From positions 32,364,001 to 32,428,000 of the forward strand of contig NC_083280.1 in NCBI RefSeq assembly GCF_963506605.1: a stretch of 64,000 nt of DNA, read 5' to 3'. Source of the DNA: Zootoca vivipara (lineage: Eukaryota). The notes beneath the pieces are model-generated. The model saw only the letters and a list, made by a program, of their open reading frames with translations, ran no database searches and had not been told where the DNA came from. This document shows, piece by piece, positions 39,062 through 51,549 of the stretch (position 1 is its first letter; each line of letters starts with the position of its first letter). Made by a program: the position numbers and the translations under genes.

Positions 39062-39197
39062 CAGGCATCCCCAAACTTCAGCCCTCCAGATGTTTTGGAC
39101 TACAATTCCCATCTTCCCCGACCACTGGTCCTCTTAGCTAGGGATCATGGGAGTTGTAGGCCAAAACATCTGGAGGGCCGCAGTTTGGGGATGCCTG
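39062..39197. mobile_element. Palindromic hAT MITE (~136 bp)
   Basis: caggcatccccaaact ... agtttggggatgcctg, ~50-bp arms, TSD tactagag. Confidence 0.92.
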
Positions 39198-39754
39198 TAC
39201 TAGAGTATGTCCCACTTAGCATCTCTTATTCGAATTTATAGAATCATAGAGGAACCATGAGGATCATCTCTAGTCCAACTCCCGGCAATTTCACCCAACT
39301 TGGGGCTCGGAAAGCACCGAACAAAAAACAGAACCAAAACCAAACCACAGTCCTCAACTGTAACTCCATACTTTTAAACTGGATAATGAAATAAGTAATA
39401 ACAATAGACTGGCTATCAGTCATATCCCCCAAGAAAGTTGTGACCTAGAACTAGAAAAAAAGAAGGGTGATTGTTTTGTTTCTTGGTCTCTTCGCCCACA
39501 TCATGGAAAATTCAGAGTCTGTTGAAAGGGATTTACAATATCACTATAACAAACTGTCATTTACAAATTCACAGTATCAACATGCATTGCAATAGGAAGA
39601 ATACAAACCCTTTAATGTGTTTCTCTTCGCATGTCTCTGACACTGTTCAAAAAACTCAAAACTGCTTCTTTTAGCGCGCTCACTCACACACAAATGAACT
39701 TTTTCTCAGAACAAATAGATAACTTATTTGTTTAGAATGTTTATATGTGGGTTA

Positions 39755-40102
39755 AAGGTAAAGGAACCCCTGACCATTAGGTCCAGTCGTGACCGACTCT
39801 GGGGTTGCACGCTCATCTCGCATTATTGGCCGAGGGAGCCGGCGTATAGCTTCCAGGTCATGTGGCCAGCATGACAAAGCTGCTTATGGAGAACCAGAGC
39901 AGCACATGGAAACGCCGTTTACCTTCCCGCTGTAGCGGTCCCTATTTATCTACTTGCACTTTGACGTGCTTTCGAACTGCTAGATGGGCAGGAGCTGGGA
40001 CCGAGCAACGGGAACTCACCCCATCACGGGGATTCGAACCGCCGACCTTCTGATCAGCAAGCCCTAGGCTCAGTGGTTTAACCACAGTGCCACCTGGGTC
40101 CC
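39755..40102 (-). mobile_element. Sauria SINE, full length
   Basis: 13-bp TSD tatatgtgggtta. Confidence 0.94.
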
Positions 40103-40148
40103 TATATGTGGGTTAGAATTCAAATTAAAAGCAATGGAATGTAATGGG

Positions 40149-40171
40149 TGTGTGTGTGTGTGTGTGTGTGT
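40149..40171. repeat. (GT)n microsatellite
   Basis: Direct observation. Confidence 0.95.
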
Positions 40172-41459
40172 TGTCAACATACACAGAGGAATAACCATGG
40201 AAAGCTAGTCATCTTTTCAGCACTGATTCATGTAGTCTGACAAATTACAGAAAATGGGAAACATGGCCAGACCCTACCAAGAAGTAGATACAGCAACCCT
40301 GTGGTAAAACTATTCACTGGCTACATGCAGGTATCATACATGGCTAGTCACTTTGGGGTGTTAATTTGTCAGTCTTGTATAATTAGAGATACGTAGTATG
40401 AAGTGCATCACCCATGCAGGATTGTACGTGCTGCTTATCAAAAACCCTTTACTGTACTTTAAAATTCCTTTTATAAGCAACTTCATGTCCCAGTGAGAGC
40501 ACATAATGTGTTTTTATCTTCCGAACCGTCCGTATCTTGCCCAAGGGTGGCGAATATTCTGTCACTAAATTGGACAGGTGCAATTTCCTGTTTCAAATGA
40601 TACCCGTAAGCCTGAAGAGAAGCAGCTTAAGTCGCTACTGCTTACTCTCTTCTATGGTTCTTGAGAAGGTCCAAGGCAAAATCCATACATGACAAACAGA
40701 AATCTTGTAAAACGAGACAGTACAGGTTATAATCAGAGATTATGCTTATAAATAGCAGTGAACTAGGGGCTAACACTTTGGTCAGTCAAAGTGAGTCCAC
40801 ACCATGTGTCCGGCTAAAATGTCCTTTTTAATGTTTATCATACTTATGTTAAGATTAAGCTGCATAGTTCTTAGGAAATTTGCATGTAGAAGACATGCTT
40901 TTTTAAAAAATAATAATCCAGCTTGCCAATTCTCCATTGCATTTGAAAAAATAAACCTTCTCTTTTACTTTTATCTGTGAGGGGGAAAGAATTAAGTATC
41001 ACTGAGGATACTGTGTAACATCTAACAGTGTCTGTTCACTGGCACAAGTTAACAACTTCATTTTTTATTGTAGCTGTCTTTCAAGGTACTGCACTGGGAC
41101 TGCTACTTTTATGCAAAGCCCATTAATAACCTGTCCAAACAACTATCCTTTTAAAAGCTTCAAATGATTCTGTACATTTTTAGGTTATAGCAACAAAGAC
41201 CAAGAAACTAAATCATTGCAGAAGAAATGCACTTGTATAACTATTGCAGGAGGTCTCTTCAATTAAATTGGCAAGTCAGACTTTCCATGCTTTGATATTT
41301 AAGTCAGGATGACAATGTTAGGACCTATGTATGGTGAAGATACTACTGCAGGGACAAATTTCCATAATACAATTTCATATACCGTATTGGCCCAAATATA
41401 AGCCACACCTTTAAAATTGGAGGGGGGGGGAGAAAAAAAGCAAAAGTATCTGAATATAA

Positions 41460-41820
41460 AGGTAAAGGGGCCCCTGACCATCAGGTCCAGTCGTGTCCGA
41501 CTCTGGGGTTGCAGCACTCTATAAGCCGCTCTATAGGCCGAGGGAGCCAGCGTTTGTCCGCAGACAGCTACTGGGTCATGTGGCCAGCATGACAAAGCTG
41601 CTTCTGGCGAACCAGAGCAGCACACGGAAACGCCGTTTATCTTCCCGCCAGAGCGGTCCCTATTTTATCTACTTGCACTTTGATGTGCTTTCGAACTGCT
41701 AGGTGGGCAGGATCTGGGACCGAGCAACGGGAGCTCACCCTGTTGCAGGGATTTGAACCGCTGACCTTCTGATCAGCAAGCCCAAGAGGCTCAGTGGTTT
41801 AACCCACAGCGCCACCTGGG
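41460..41820 (-). mobile_element. Sauria SINE nested in a CCGTA-type MITE that begins at 41382
   Basis: TSD tctgaatataa. Host begins TA|ccgtattggcccaaatataagcc, like the 17336-17572 element. Confidence 0.92.
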
Positions 41821-43496
41821 TCTGAATATAAGTCGCTCCATTCCGCACTGCTCCTAGCTGCATACTTATGGGGGGGCGCACTGCATTGCCGGCAGCCTTT
41901 CCCCTTCCCCACTCTCTCCCATCCTGGCCTTGGGGAAGAGGATGGGGGAACTACACACAAGGCAGGTGTGTTTTGCCGTGCTCTTGGCGCTGTTTGCCCC
42001 AAGTCCCTGGCTGCATACCAAAAATAGTGGTTGATTATGTGGGCGGGGTGGGGAGAGGAAGAAGCGAGTCAGCCCTAAAAACTTGAAAGTGATGCCGTAT
42101 TTGACTAGTTTGTCATTATGAAACAATCATTAACAGAGACTAGAGGTCAACAGTTTCCATAGGTGGCAGAGGAAAATGTCAAGCAGAAAGACACAAAGCA
42201 CAGGACTATGGGTGAGTGATCTAAGTTATCAAAAGACTATAACAAAATCCTGCATTGTTTAATTTTCTAGACAAGCATAAATTAACAAGACCAATATCTA
42301 CTATGATACATTCATTTAAATTGGCCTTCATATCAACTGATCAGACTTTTCCTCTCTCAACTATATCAAATACAAGTTCAGTGGATTATTAACAGTGTGG
42401 GTCGATTTGAATTGTCAACTTGTTTTCCACTTTGAAATTCGTGTATTTCCCAAATAAAGCAGGTATACTAACTCAACAGCAACAGTTTTACAACCGAACC
42501 TCATGCTGAGTACCATGCAACTCTATACTGAACCAGTCTTCTTACTGGGTGGATATCCTCCCACAATGACTTCTAAGTACTTCATTGGGGATGATTATTT
42601 ATTTACTGGGAGGGGGAGGGCAGCTCACTGCTGAGTCGCAGCCCAAAAGATAGTGTCAAAAGATGCTGTTTTATTGCATCAACCTATGGGAGGAAAACAT
42701 TGGTTACTGATCTACTATTCCTTGTTAAGTTCCCTACAATGGGCTAAGATGGTTTTGAACCTTGTTATAGTAATGAGTTTGGGCAGTAAATATAGACATT
42801 TCTCTGTTAAGGGGGGAGGTTTTTAGCGCAATAAAGAGGTGGTTATTGAAATTGAGCATATGATTACTCCTTTCCTTTTAATCTCTTCCATGTTTACCTT
42901 TTAGTTTGACTGAAAATTGCCCGTATCTTCAAGACACTGATACCACAAATTCCTAAATTCCCTGGAACCCAAGTGCTTGAAGACATGGCTTCTCCATATG
43001 TCCACCAACAAAAGCAAAGGCCCTCCTTACATTAATACCATGGATGTCTAGGAGGATGTGAACACAAAGGCTTTCTCTGGTGTCTCTGGAATTCCCAGGA
43101 GAGGCCAGACAATTTCTACCCTAGCTCTGTTCAGATAAAAAATTGAATACATTTTTATTTGTAAATGAACTTGGAAAGGGGCAGGTACAGTTAGCCACTG
43201 TATTTTTATAACTGTCATATTCATTAATTACTGCATATGGGATATGGTTTCATTTCATTTTATATTGTCAGTCACACTGGGCACCTTTGGGATGAGAAAG
43301 GGCAGAGTGTAAATTTTACATATAAACATCTCATAACGGGATGGAGAGGCCCATGAAAACTAAGTTCTCAACAATAAGGGCATGTGACACTGAAAAGTGA
43401 GGGGTGTCATCTGAGAGGAAGAGGGAAGAGAACATTAAAACCTATCAGCTCTTCCTGAATCCTACACAAAGAGTCAGGTGCCTGCTAACTTTGTGA

Positions 43497-43710
43497 TAAA
43501 AGGTAAAGGGACCCCTGACCGTTAGGTCCAGTCGCGGACGACTCTGGGGTTGCAGCGCTCATCTCGCTTTATTGGCTGAGGGAGCCGGCGTACAGCTTCC
43601 GGGTCATGTGGCCAGCATGACAAAGCCACTTCTGGCGAACCAGAACAGCACACGGAAATGCCATTTACCTTCCCGCTGTAAAAGGTAAAGGTAAAGGGAC
43701 CCCTGACCAT
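43497..43710 (-). mobile_element. 5'-truncated Sauria SINE with a second short 3'-end copy attached
   Basis: aaaggtaaagggacccctgacc occurs at ~43499 and again at ~43687. Confidence 0.88.
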
Positions 43711-45244
43711 CTGTGTTTGGCTCTTGCTTTTTCTAGATGATGCTACTATGGTAAGGAAGGTGATTTAGTCAAAGCCTCCATTTAAGAACTGGCAATTTCT
43801 GCCTTCCTAAAGGATCATATTATGAAACCCCTGCTTTGTTTAGTCTGCTAGACTCATATACTTGCCACCATCTAGTTTACCTTTCTAGTCAAGGTGATGA
43901 ATGGACTAGTGGTGGTAGTTACATTGCTCCCTTCCCTTCCTGATTAAACAGACTACACACTTCAGTAATATTCACCTCCTAAGGTCACTGAGACTCTGCA
44001 GGGAGCAAAAAGGGGTCAGAAACAGCCTAGGGGAGGAAAAGAAGTTCACAAGCTACAGTGCAAAAATAATAATAATACCTATGATCTCAAATATAAAAGG
44101 CATGAACATTTACTGAGTGCACCTCACAAACCTGCAGCCCAATACTCATATGTTTGTTAAAAACCCTTTATTAATATCCTTCCTCTTTTTTGCTTCCTTT
44201 TTTCCATCAATCCAGATTAATAAATGTTGGTTATATAGCGCTATTTCTTTACTTTATTTCATTTACATTCCTAAGAACTGGAGTTGGTGCCAACAGCCAC
44301 TTTATAAGCTCATCAGGGACTCAATGTCTCAGAATCTGGGAAACCCTGGGCTAAACTTTAACTTTAAGATGATTAAAGCACACAGTGCATTTTTGCTGAA
44401 ACTTGTTCCAGCAACCATGACTACTGCAGATCCTGCTAGACAACTGTAACACAGAGATATGTTTGAAAGCTGTCCAGAAGCTGAAATTATTGCCTAGTCC
44501 TCATTTGCTGGTGCTTTGGCACTCATCCATGTAAACTTAAGTGTAGAACGCAGCACCATACAAAACTATCATAAAAAATAAACTCTGATTTTTTTTTTCC
44601 TTTTTCAGCCATTGCAGGCTAAAACTTTTACAACAGACAATGTAGGTTTGCATAAAATTAAATCTTCCTACCCTCAGGATTGCAGAACTAAACTCTTCAC
44701 ACATGCTTGCCTTACTAGTTTCCCCCAACTTCTGCTACAAGTAATTATGGTAGATTAGGAGGACCTCATGCGAAATAAGAGTATGAGAAATCAGTTAATC
44801 CAACTACAATGAGTGGAGATCTAAAGGGATATATAGATCTATCAAATCTCATGGGAATGGCATTTTTTCTTAGCTGAGCGGACAATGAGTGGTAATTAAA
44901 GAATATAGGCAGTTTAAACCACTCTGGGTACTGGAAGGCTCTGACACAGTGTAAATTTAGATATAAGAGATGTTTCTGTTTGGCTCTATATGCGACATGC
45001 AAGGATAGTAAGATCACATCATGAGAGGCGGCTTTTTCAGTGGTGGCCACCAACTGATGGAATGTTTCCCCAAGGTTAGTTCCCACATTGTGGTACCACA
45101 TTTACACTTAAGTGTATTAAACAACTTTAAACTAAATCATTTTTAAAAAGAATTTTAATCACACATAGACTAGATATAAAATATGTAAAAAAAAAATCTG
45201 TTTTAGAACAAAATGATTTTATGGTGTAACAATTGACACACATA

Positions 45245-46145
45245 GTTCTAGTTACAGGTAGGTAGCCGTGTTGGTCTGAGTCGAAGCAAAATTTAAAAAT
45301 TTTAAATTTTTTTAAAAAATTTAAAAAATGAAAGGTCTTCTGGGAGGAAGACCTTTCATTGCCTACAGACAGCCACCCAATCTTAAACAACTCCTCACCC
45401 ACAATAATACAACCACCAGACTTAACATGGAAACTGGTACCAGAGCCTGCAATAAACCCAGATGCCAACTTTGCTGCCACATACACCCCGACAACATCAT
45501 TACTGGCCCCAACAACATCCAACATACCATCTCAGGACTATTTAATTGCTCATCTTCTAACATTGTGTATGCCATCAAATGCCAATAGTGCCCTTCAGCT
45601 CTTTATATTGGACAAACAGGCCAAACCCTACGCCAAAGGATAAATGGACATAAATCTGACATCAGGAACCACAAGACAGAGAAACCAGTAGGAGAACACT
45701 TCAGTCTCCCAGGACATTCTATACAAGATCTCAAAGCAGCTGTTTTATTACAGAAAATTTTCAGGAACAGACTGGAAAGAGAAGTCGCTGAATTGGAACT
45801 CATTACCAAGCTTAAAACCATGGAGCCACCTGGGATGAATAAAGACATTGGATTCTTATCTCATTACGCATGATCAAGCTTTCTTTAGCGCCTCAGCCCT
45901 TGCTTTTTCCCCCCAGGACCAATTGCAGTCATCAGCAGTCGTTAACAGCCATCTACAGGTTTACCACTCCCATCAGCCCATCACCCATTCCCATCACCCC
46001 CACCCCCACCCTCTGAATATACATAAGGGTTTGGTGGATTCTGTTTCAGTGTATCTGACGAAGTGTGCATGCACACAAAAGCTCATACCAAAATAAAAAA
46101 CTTAGCTGGTCTTTAAGGTGCTACTGAAGGAATTTTTTTATTTTG
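45245..46145 (+). mobile_element. Penelope-like element (Poseidon type), 5'-truncated: GIY-YIG endonuclease region, 3' pLTR and an inverted terminal piece
   Basis: 45328-45873 reads AYRQPPNLKQLL..CNKPRCQLC..FNCSSSNIVYAIKCQ*CPSALYIGQTGQTLRQRINGH..VGEHF..GMN with one premature TAG at 45586-45588. Imperfect flanking repeat aattgacacaca / aattgacataca. Confidence 0.92.
46051..46088 (+). ncRNA. Minimal type I hammerhead ribozyme motif in the Penelope pLTR (core GAAA mutated to AAAA)
   Basis: GTAT-CTGACGA-A-GTGTGCATGCACAC-AAAA-GCTC-ATAC: stem I GUAU/AUAC, CUGANGA core, palindromic stem II, AGCU mini stem III. Confidence 0.75.
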
Positions 46146-47289
46146 AATTGACATACACTTAGATTTAGAACATATAATAAGAGAGGCAAAAAATATCTGA
46201 GACAATTTTCTTCAGACTGTGCAGAATAGAAAAACACTAAAGTTAAACAGCTATTCTAACAAGCACCCTGCAATCCCATCCTATGTTTACACAGAGGTAC
46301 ACACATGGAGTTCAAGGGGACACCCTATTAGCTATTATTTTTTCAGAACAGCAGAAGAATAAAAATTCTGCTTAGACAACCCAGTTAGCCTAGTAATTCT
46401 CAAAGAATCATCCCAGTAAAGATCTGCATTAAAGAATCAAAATTAGTATCACAATATACCCAATATAATTACTGTAAAAGACCATTTAGATAAAAGATAC
46501 ACGTGATCTGATGCTCTGTGCTAGTCGTTTCAGCCACCTGCTTGAAAGATTTAATTTAACAAGATTTTACTTGACATCCTACTCGCATCCTCCCACTACA
46601 AATTCTGTCTCCTCTAATCCTCCTTTCATAAATGTCAAAACAGGACATCAGTTTTACAGCTGCTTTTGAGTCTGTGTCAACACATGCAGCAGAATGACGA
46701 GAAATTAGGTGATGCTATTTTTAGCAGTAGTAGTATTAATTGCAATTATTTGTCACTTACTACATGAAATACCTCAAGGTGCCTTACATCAGAGGATACA
46801 TAAAATACTGAGTATACATCAAAAAGGAAGATCAGAGAGGGAAGAAACACCATGGTAGCAGCAAAACTGGACACCTTCATCTGCCTCAGCTGAAATAAAA
46901 CATGTCTCTCCCGTATCGGTCTCTACAGCCACAATAGGCACTATAACTCTCCAATAATTTGACTATACTCCTTAAGGTGCACTCCTCTACTGTCTCCCAA
47001 GACAGACAGATGCCGCCAACATCAAAAAGATATAAAGGCACTGACTAAAGATGTTTGACCTGCAATAACCTAAGAAGGACAAATACTACCCCACTCTGCT
47101 AAAAGATAACCTTCCGAACATGCTAGGGTATCATCATAATGTACAGCATCAATTTAGAGCTAAATGCCTGGGTAAACAAGAGCATAAAAAGCTGATCAAG
47201 ATGGTTAAAGTTCCACACAAACTAAATTAGCCCATCAGGCAGAAAAGTTCAAACCTAGACCATTTCCTACCCTCTTAGATTTGTATCTA

Positions 47290-47507
47290 CGGTCATACCT
47301 TGTTTTGCGACCGGGATCCGTTCCGGAGCCCCAGCCGCTAGCTGAAAAATACACAGGGCAAAGTGTTGCGTCTGTGCGCGCGGTGCAGTTTGTGCTTCTG
47401 CGCATGCTGCAAACCCAGAAGTAACCCGTTCCGGTACTTCCAGGTTTGCCGTGGACGTTCACCGGAATGGACATTAGATGAGGCAGAAATTTGCGGAGGT
47501 ATTACTG
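47290..47507. mobile_element. Tigger-like MITE
   Basis: TA|cggtcatacct ... aggtattactg|TA. Confidence 0.78.
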
Positions 47508-47644
47508 TACAGTGAACTTTCAAGCAGGACAGCCATTCTAGTACTTCATTCTGCTGTACAGTTGAATGCAACCCAAATTAAGAACTCTTTGAACATAGGA
47601 ATCCAACATATAATGGGAAAATTTTATCCCTCTCCCCAATGTAA

Positions 47645-48072
47645 TAGCTAGAGACTGATCTCCCAATTTCAGCTTTCTTGGTTATTTCATTTTTCCAATC
47701 TTAAATTCAGTTCTACACATTTCTGCAGCAATTTGCAGATTTAAAAAAATCCTCATGAAAATTTATCAGCATTTTAGTGTAACGTTCTCCTAAACTCATT
47801 GTCATGAAGTGTACAGATTTTGGCAAAGCATTCCACCTCCCAATATAATGCCAGTTTGTATTTTCACCTTTATAGGCCTTTTTATACACACTTTATCCAA
47901 GTAGGTGCACTTTTGTACAATTGCTTAGCTGGAGAATTAACAGCATTGCAAAATTTGTAGAAGCATGCATTTCAAGGGATTACTGTGTTTTGGTTAATAT
48001 ATTGTTTTGGAAAGAGCAATTTGATAGTTCTGCCTTTAAATGCAAACTGAATCTAATTTCTCATTAATCCTT
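47645..48072. repeat. Old interspersed repeat with a second diverged copy at ~60408-60793
   Basis: Shared blocks tttttccaatcttaa, agcattttagtg, ggagaa..gc, ctgtgttttggt, ttttggaaagag and ctgaatc occur in the same order in both copies. Confidence 0.65.
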
Positions 48073-48266
48073 GGTGCAAGCACCCTATATTCAAAGACCT
48101 TTTTATATGGCGCATACTCAAAATAGCATGCACACACAAACCCATGTAGTCTGAAGTGGTACATTCTAGAATTCTACCTCCATAGTCCCTGTCTATGTGT
48201 AGAATGGCTCTCAGAAGCACCACTTGGCTGTACAGTATTCTTGGCTGTACTGTATTCTACTCATAT

Positions 48267-48608
48267 TAAAGGTAAAGGGACCCCTGACCAACCCCGTGAC
48301 CGACTCTGGGGTTGCGCGCTCATCTCGCATTATTGGCCAAGGGAGCCGGCGTATAGCTTCCAGGTCATGTGGCCAGCATGACAAAGCCGCTTCTGGCAAA
48401 CCAGAGCAGCACATGGAAACGCCGTTTACCTTCCCGCTGTAGCGGTACCTATTTATCTACTTGCATTTTGACGTGCTTTCGAACTGCTAGGTTGGCAGGA
48501 GCTGGGACCAAGCAACGGGAGCTCACCCCATCACAGGGATTCGAACCACCGACCTTCTGATCAGCAAGCCCTAGGCTCAGTGGTTTAACCACAGCGCCAC
48601 CTGGGTCC
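48267..48608 (-). mobile_element. Sauria SINE, near full length
   Basis: Nearly identical to 15331-15691 apart from a small deletion near the tail. Confidence 0.93.
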
Positions 48609-49649
48609 AGCACAATATTCTTTATGAATATCTAATTCATTTTTTAAAAGTCCTTCATTACTACATCCACTTAGTCCATCGATTTCTTCCACAGAAGACA
48701 AATATGTATTTTCAAAGGTGAAGCAAAGTTTTAAACTAAAGTAGGTGTCTGGTTAGATAAAAGCACATGCAGTCTCTGTGTAGTTTTTTTCCCTAAAAGA
48801 GATCAAGACAGCTGTACTGCATAACTTCATTTCAAATGAACTATAGAAGAACTTAAATTAACACTTACAGAAGCTTTTGCAAGTCAACGTGATGCACTCA
48901 TAGAATTAAAGAATTGTGGAGTTGAGACCCTGAGGGTCATCTAGTCCAACCTCCCATCCAATTTGAAACCATTACCAGACCCTGCTTAGCTTTGCAAATG
49001 TGCTAGCAGTTTTAGTGCCGTGCCATGGCATAAGTGGCTCTTGGGACAATTAAAATATGAAATAGCGGGAGCTTTAATTGATAGGTACAGCACCCCCTGG
49101 CAAAGGAAAATTATGTTAGGCTCAGATGTATTTGTTGTTTATAAAGGAAGAGGGGAAACTTGAGTTCTGTATTTGCTGTTTCCCCAGGGAAGGGAAAGAG
49201 GCATTAAATCACCAAGTTACCACAATACACTCGTTTGAATTATCGTATTATATATCAAACTGACAAAAGGGTATGGGCAATAGCAACCCTCACCCAGCTC
49301 TCTACATGAAGTCGCTTCCTTCTTTCTATACACAGCAAAAGATGTGCAGCAGATGGTCCTAAAAACTGCTCACTAACTACACTGCTGGCTCAGGAGAACA
49401 GGGAGCTGCAAAACCCAGGTGTAAGAAGCAAATCGTCCGGGGTGTTTTTTGGTTTTTTTTAAAGGGACAAAAGCGCTGCAGAGCTCAGCTGAGCTAAGGA
49501 AGGTGTGTGAGAGAAAGATAAAAGGATGCAAAGGAGGCTTGCCAAATACTGGTCCCCCGGGTTTGAAGCCCACCTTCTGCAAACTGATGCCGTGCCAAGA
49601 AACCAAACACAATCGTCCCACTACTGGAAAGCGAACAATGAACTGAAAA

Positions 49650-51010
49650 CGAAAGCACCCTCCCGAGCCAATTCATAGCGAGCATCTTTAAAGGACACGT
49701 TGGCTAAAAGGAGGACCGAAAGTATCAACGGGGAGGCTGCGGGAGAGTTTAAAACTGGAGAGGAGGAGGCGAGAGGGGGGGGGGGGAAGCAGAGACTTTG
49801 GACAGGCATGGGAATCTCGCCACGCAGCGTTAAGGAAAGGTTAGGGCAGCATGGGGCAGGCAACGGGCTTCAACTGGTGGGGCTAGGCGACGGAGAAACG
49901 CCGCCGTAGCCCCCATCTCTCTCTCTCTCTCCCCGCCCCACAACCTGTAGGAAAGGATCCTAAAGGGGAACGGAGCAGGAGAGATTTGGAGAGCAAAGGA
50001 TCCTGAGAAGTGGCCGGGGGGGGAGACAGGGACGGGAGTCCCTGCCTAGAAAGCGACGGGGAGGGATTGGGGAGGGGGTTGTAAATCAGTTTGGAAGCAG
50101 CCTGAGCAGCCAGCGAGAACTCCGAGCTTCATGAGCGAGAGGAGGAGGCGCTGCCGCCACGCCGGAGCCGAAGAGGAGCAGCGACGGTGCGCGTGGACGC
50201 GGGTGGGGTGGGTTGTTTTGGGGGGGGGGTGCTGGGAGAAGCGCCGTTCCGCCTCTGGGCTGCTGGGGGGGGAGGCGCAGAAGAGACCTTGGGGAGGAGA
50301 AATTGGGAGGAGGTGACTGACAAGACCCCCTCCCCTTTCTTTCTCTGCGAGGAGCGAAAAGGGCTCCAAGGGGTGGGAATGGAGAGAACATGCAGCAGCA
50401 GCAGCGGCTCCAGCTCCTACCTGCCCAGCCAGCCCAGCCGGCGCAACCGTCTCTCTCTCTCAGCCCAGCCGCTCCTTCGCCCCTTCCTCGCTCTCTGCTG
50501 CCGCCGTCGCGGCGCGCGAACCAACTTGAGCCGACCGTGGCTCCGGCTCACTAGCTCGCTTTCTCTCTCGCTTTCTCGCTCGCTCTCCCTCCGCGCCGGA
50601 GCTCCGCCTCCCTCCTTTCATCCATTGGCCGCCCGGGAAGGCTTCCCCGGCAGCGCCACCTGCCGCCCGCCCGGCGCAACTGCGAGGACGGCGCGCGCGC
50701 CTGCGCTGTGAGAACACATCCTCCTCCCCCGCCCCCGCCCCCGCCCCCGCCCCCCCTTGCCGCTCTCCCGTCCGGCTTTCTCTTTCTCCCTCCTTTTCAT
50801 CCCGGCCCGCTCCTGGGAGCGAGAGAAGAAAAAAACCTCTGGCTGGCGGTCGGGTGTTACGCGGTGACTGCTCCGCTCGGGCACACAGGTCCCTAAGCTA
50901 AGGTTCCTGGAGTAAGGGCGCGTCGCCCTAAGAGAGGCGGGTTTTCTTCTCAAAGACTTGCTTGGCTGCCCCGCAGTCTTCGCGCTGACGAAGCGGAGCC
51001 GTGGTAGAAT
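49650..51010. promoter_or_regulatory. CpG island / PXYLP1 promoter
   Basis: GC- and CpG-rich, not repeat-derived. CCAAT on minus at 50624-50628, CTCF-like motif at 50651-50668, NRF1-like GCGCAGGCGC at ~50697-50706, tandem GGGGCGGGG Sp/KLF boxes at ~50726-50756. Confidence 0.85.
50421..50600 (-). other. PXYLP1: Probable non-coding first exon (5' UTR) of PXYLP1; TSS approximate
   Basis: Lies in the only strong non-repeat CpG island upstream of the ATG exon, ends at a donor-like CAG|GTAGGA (50421/50420), and sits just downstream of CCAAT and GC boxes on the minus strand. No transcript evidence available. Confidence 0.6.
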
Positions 51011-51011
51011 C

Positions 51012-51102
51012 CATGGCTGTCAAGTTTCCTCTTTTCTCGCGAAGAAGCCTATTCAGCATAAGGGAATTTCCCTTTTAAAAAAGGGAGAACTTGACAGCTA
51101 TG
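51012..51102. mobile_element. ~90-bp hAT MITE (TIR CATAGCTGYCAAGTT), copy 1
   Basis: 8-bp TSD gtagaatc; adjoins a CR1-type 3' tail. Confidence 0.9.
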
Positions 51103-51371
51103 GTAGAATCGTAGAGGTGGAAGGGACCCCCGGGGGTCATCTAGTCCAACCCCCTGCAGTGCAGGAATATCCAGTACCACCCTGACTGGTGGCTAGCCAA
51201 CCTCCGCTAAAAACAAACCTCCAGTGAAGAAGAGGTGAATTATAAATTGGTTGGTTGGTACACTCCACCATCTGCCCTGGCCGGACTCAAGTTGGCTTAC
51301 AGAATACCAACATTGGAGGTAAAATATAGCCACCATGGCTAGTGGCCACTGATATCCTCATCCCCCATGAG

Positions 51372-51464
51372 CATAGCTGTCGAGTTTTCCCTTTTCTGGT
51401 GAGGAAGCCAATTCAGCATAAGGGAATTTCCATTTTTTTAAAAAGGGAGAACTTGACAGCTATG
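51372..51464. mobile_element. ~90-bp hAT MITE, copy 2
   Basis: 8-bp TSD cccatgag. Confidence 0.9.
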
Positions 51465-51549
51465 CCCATGAGAATGTCTAAACTGAAACTCTCTTAAACC
51501 ACCCAAGCTGGCGAACATCACTACATCTTTAGAGCAATCTTTCCCATTG

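Noticed and set aside
40520-40580. CpG-containing non-repeat patch with a CTCF-like gggtggcg
   Set aside because: Several mismatches to the CTCF core; conservation cannot be assessed without alignments.
49373-50953. Many 60-174 aa ORFs on both strands in the CpG island
   Set aside because: Low-complexity, GC-driven stop-poor frames with no domain similarity.
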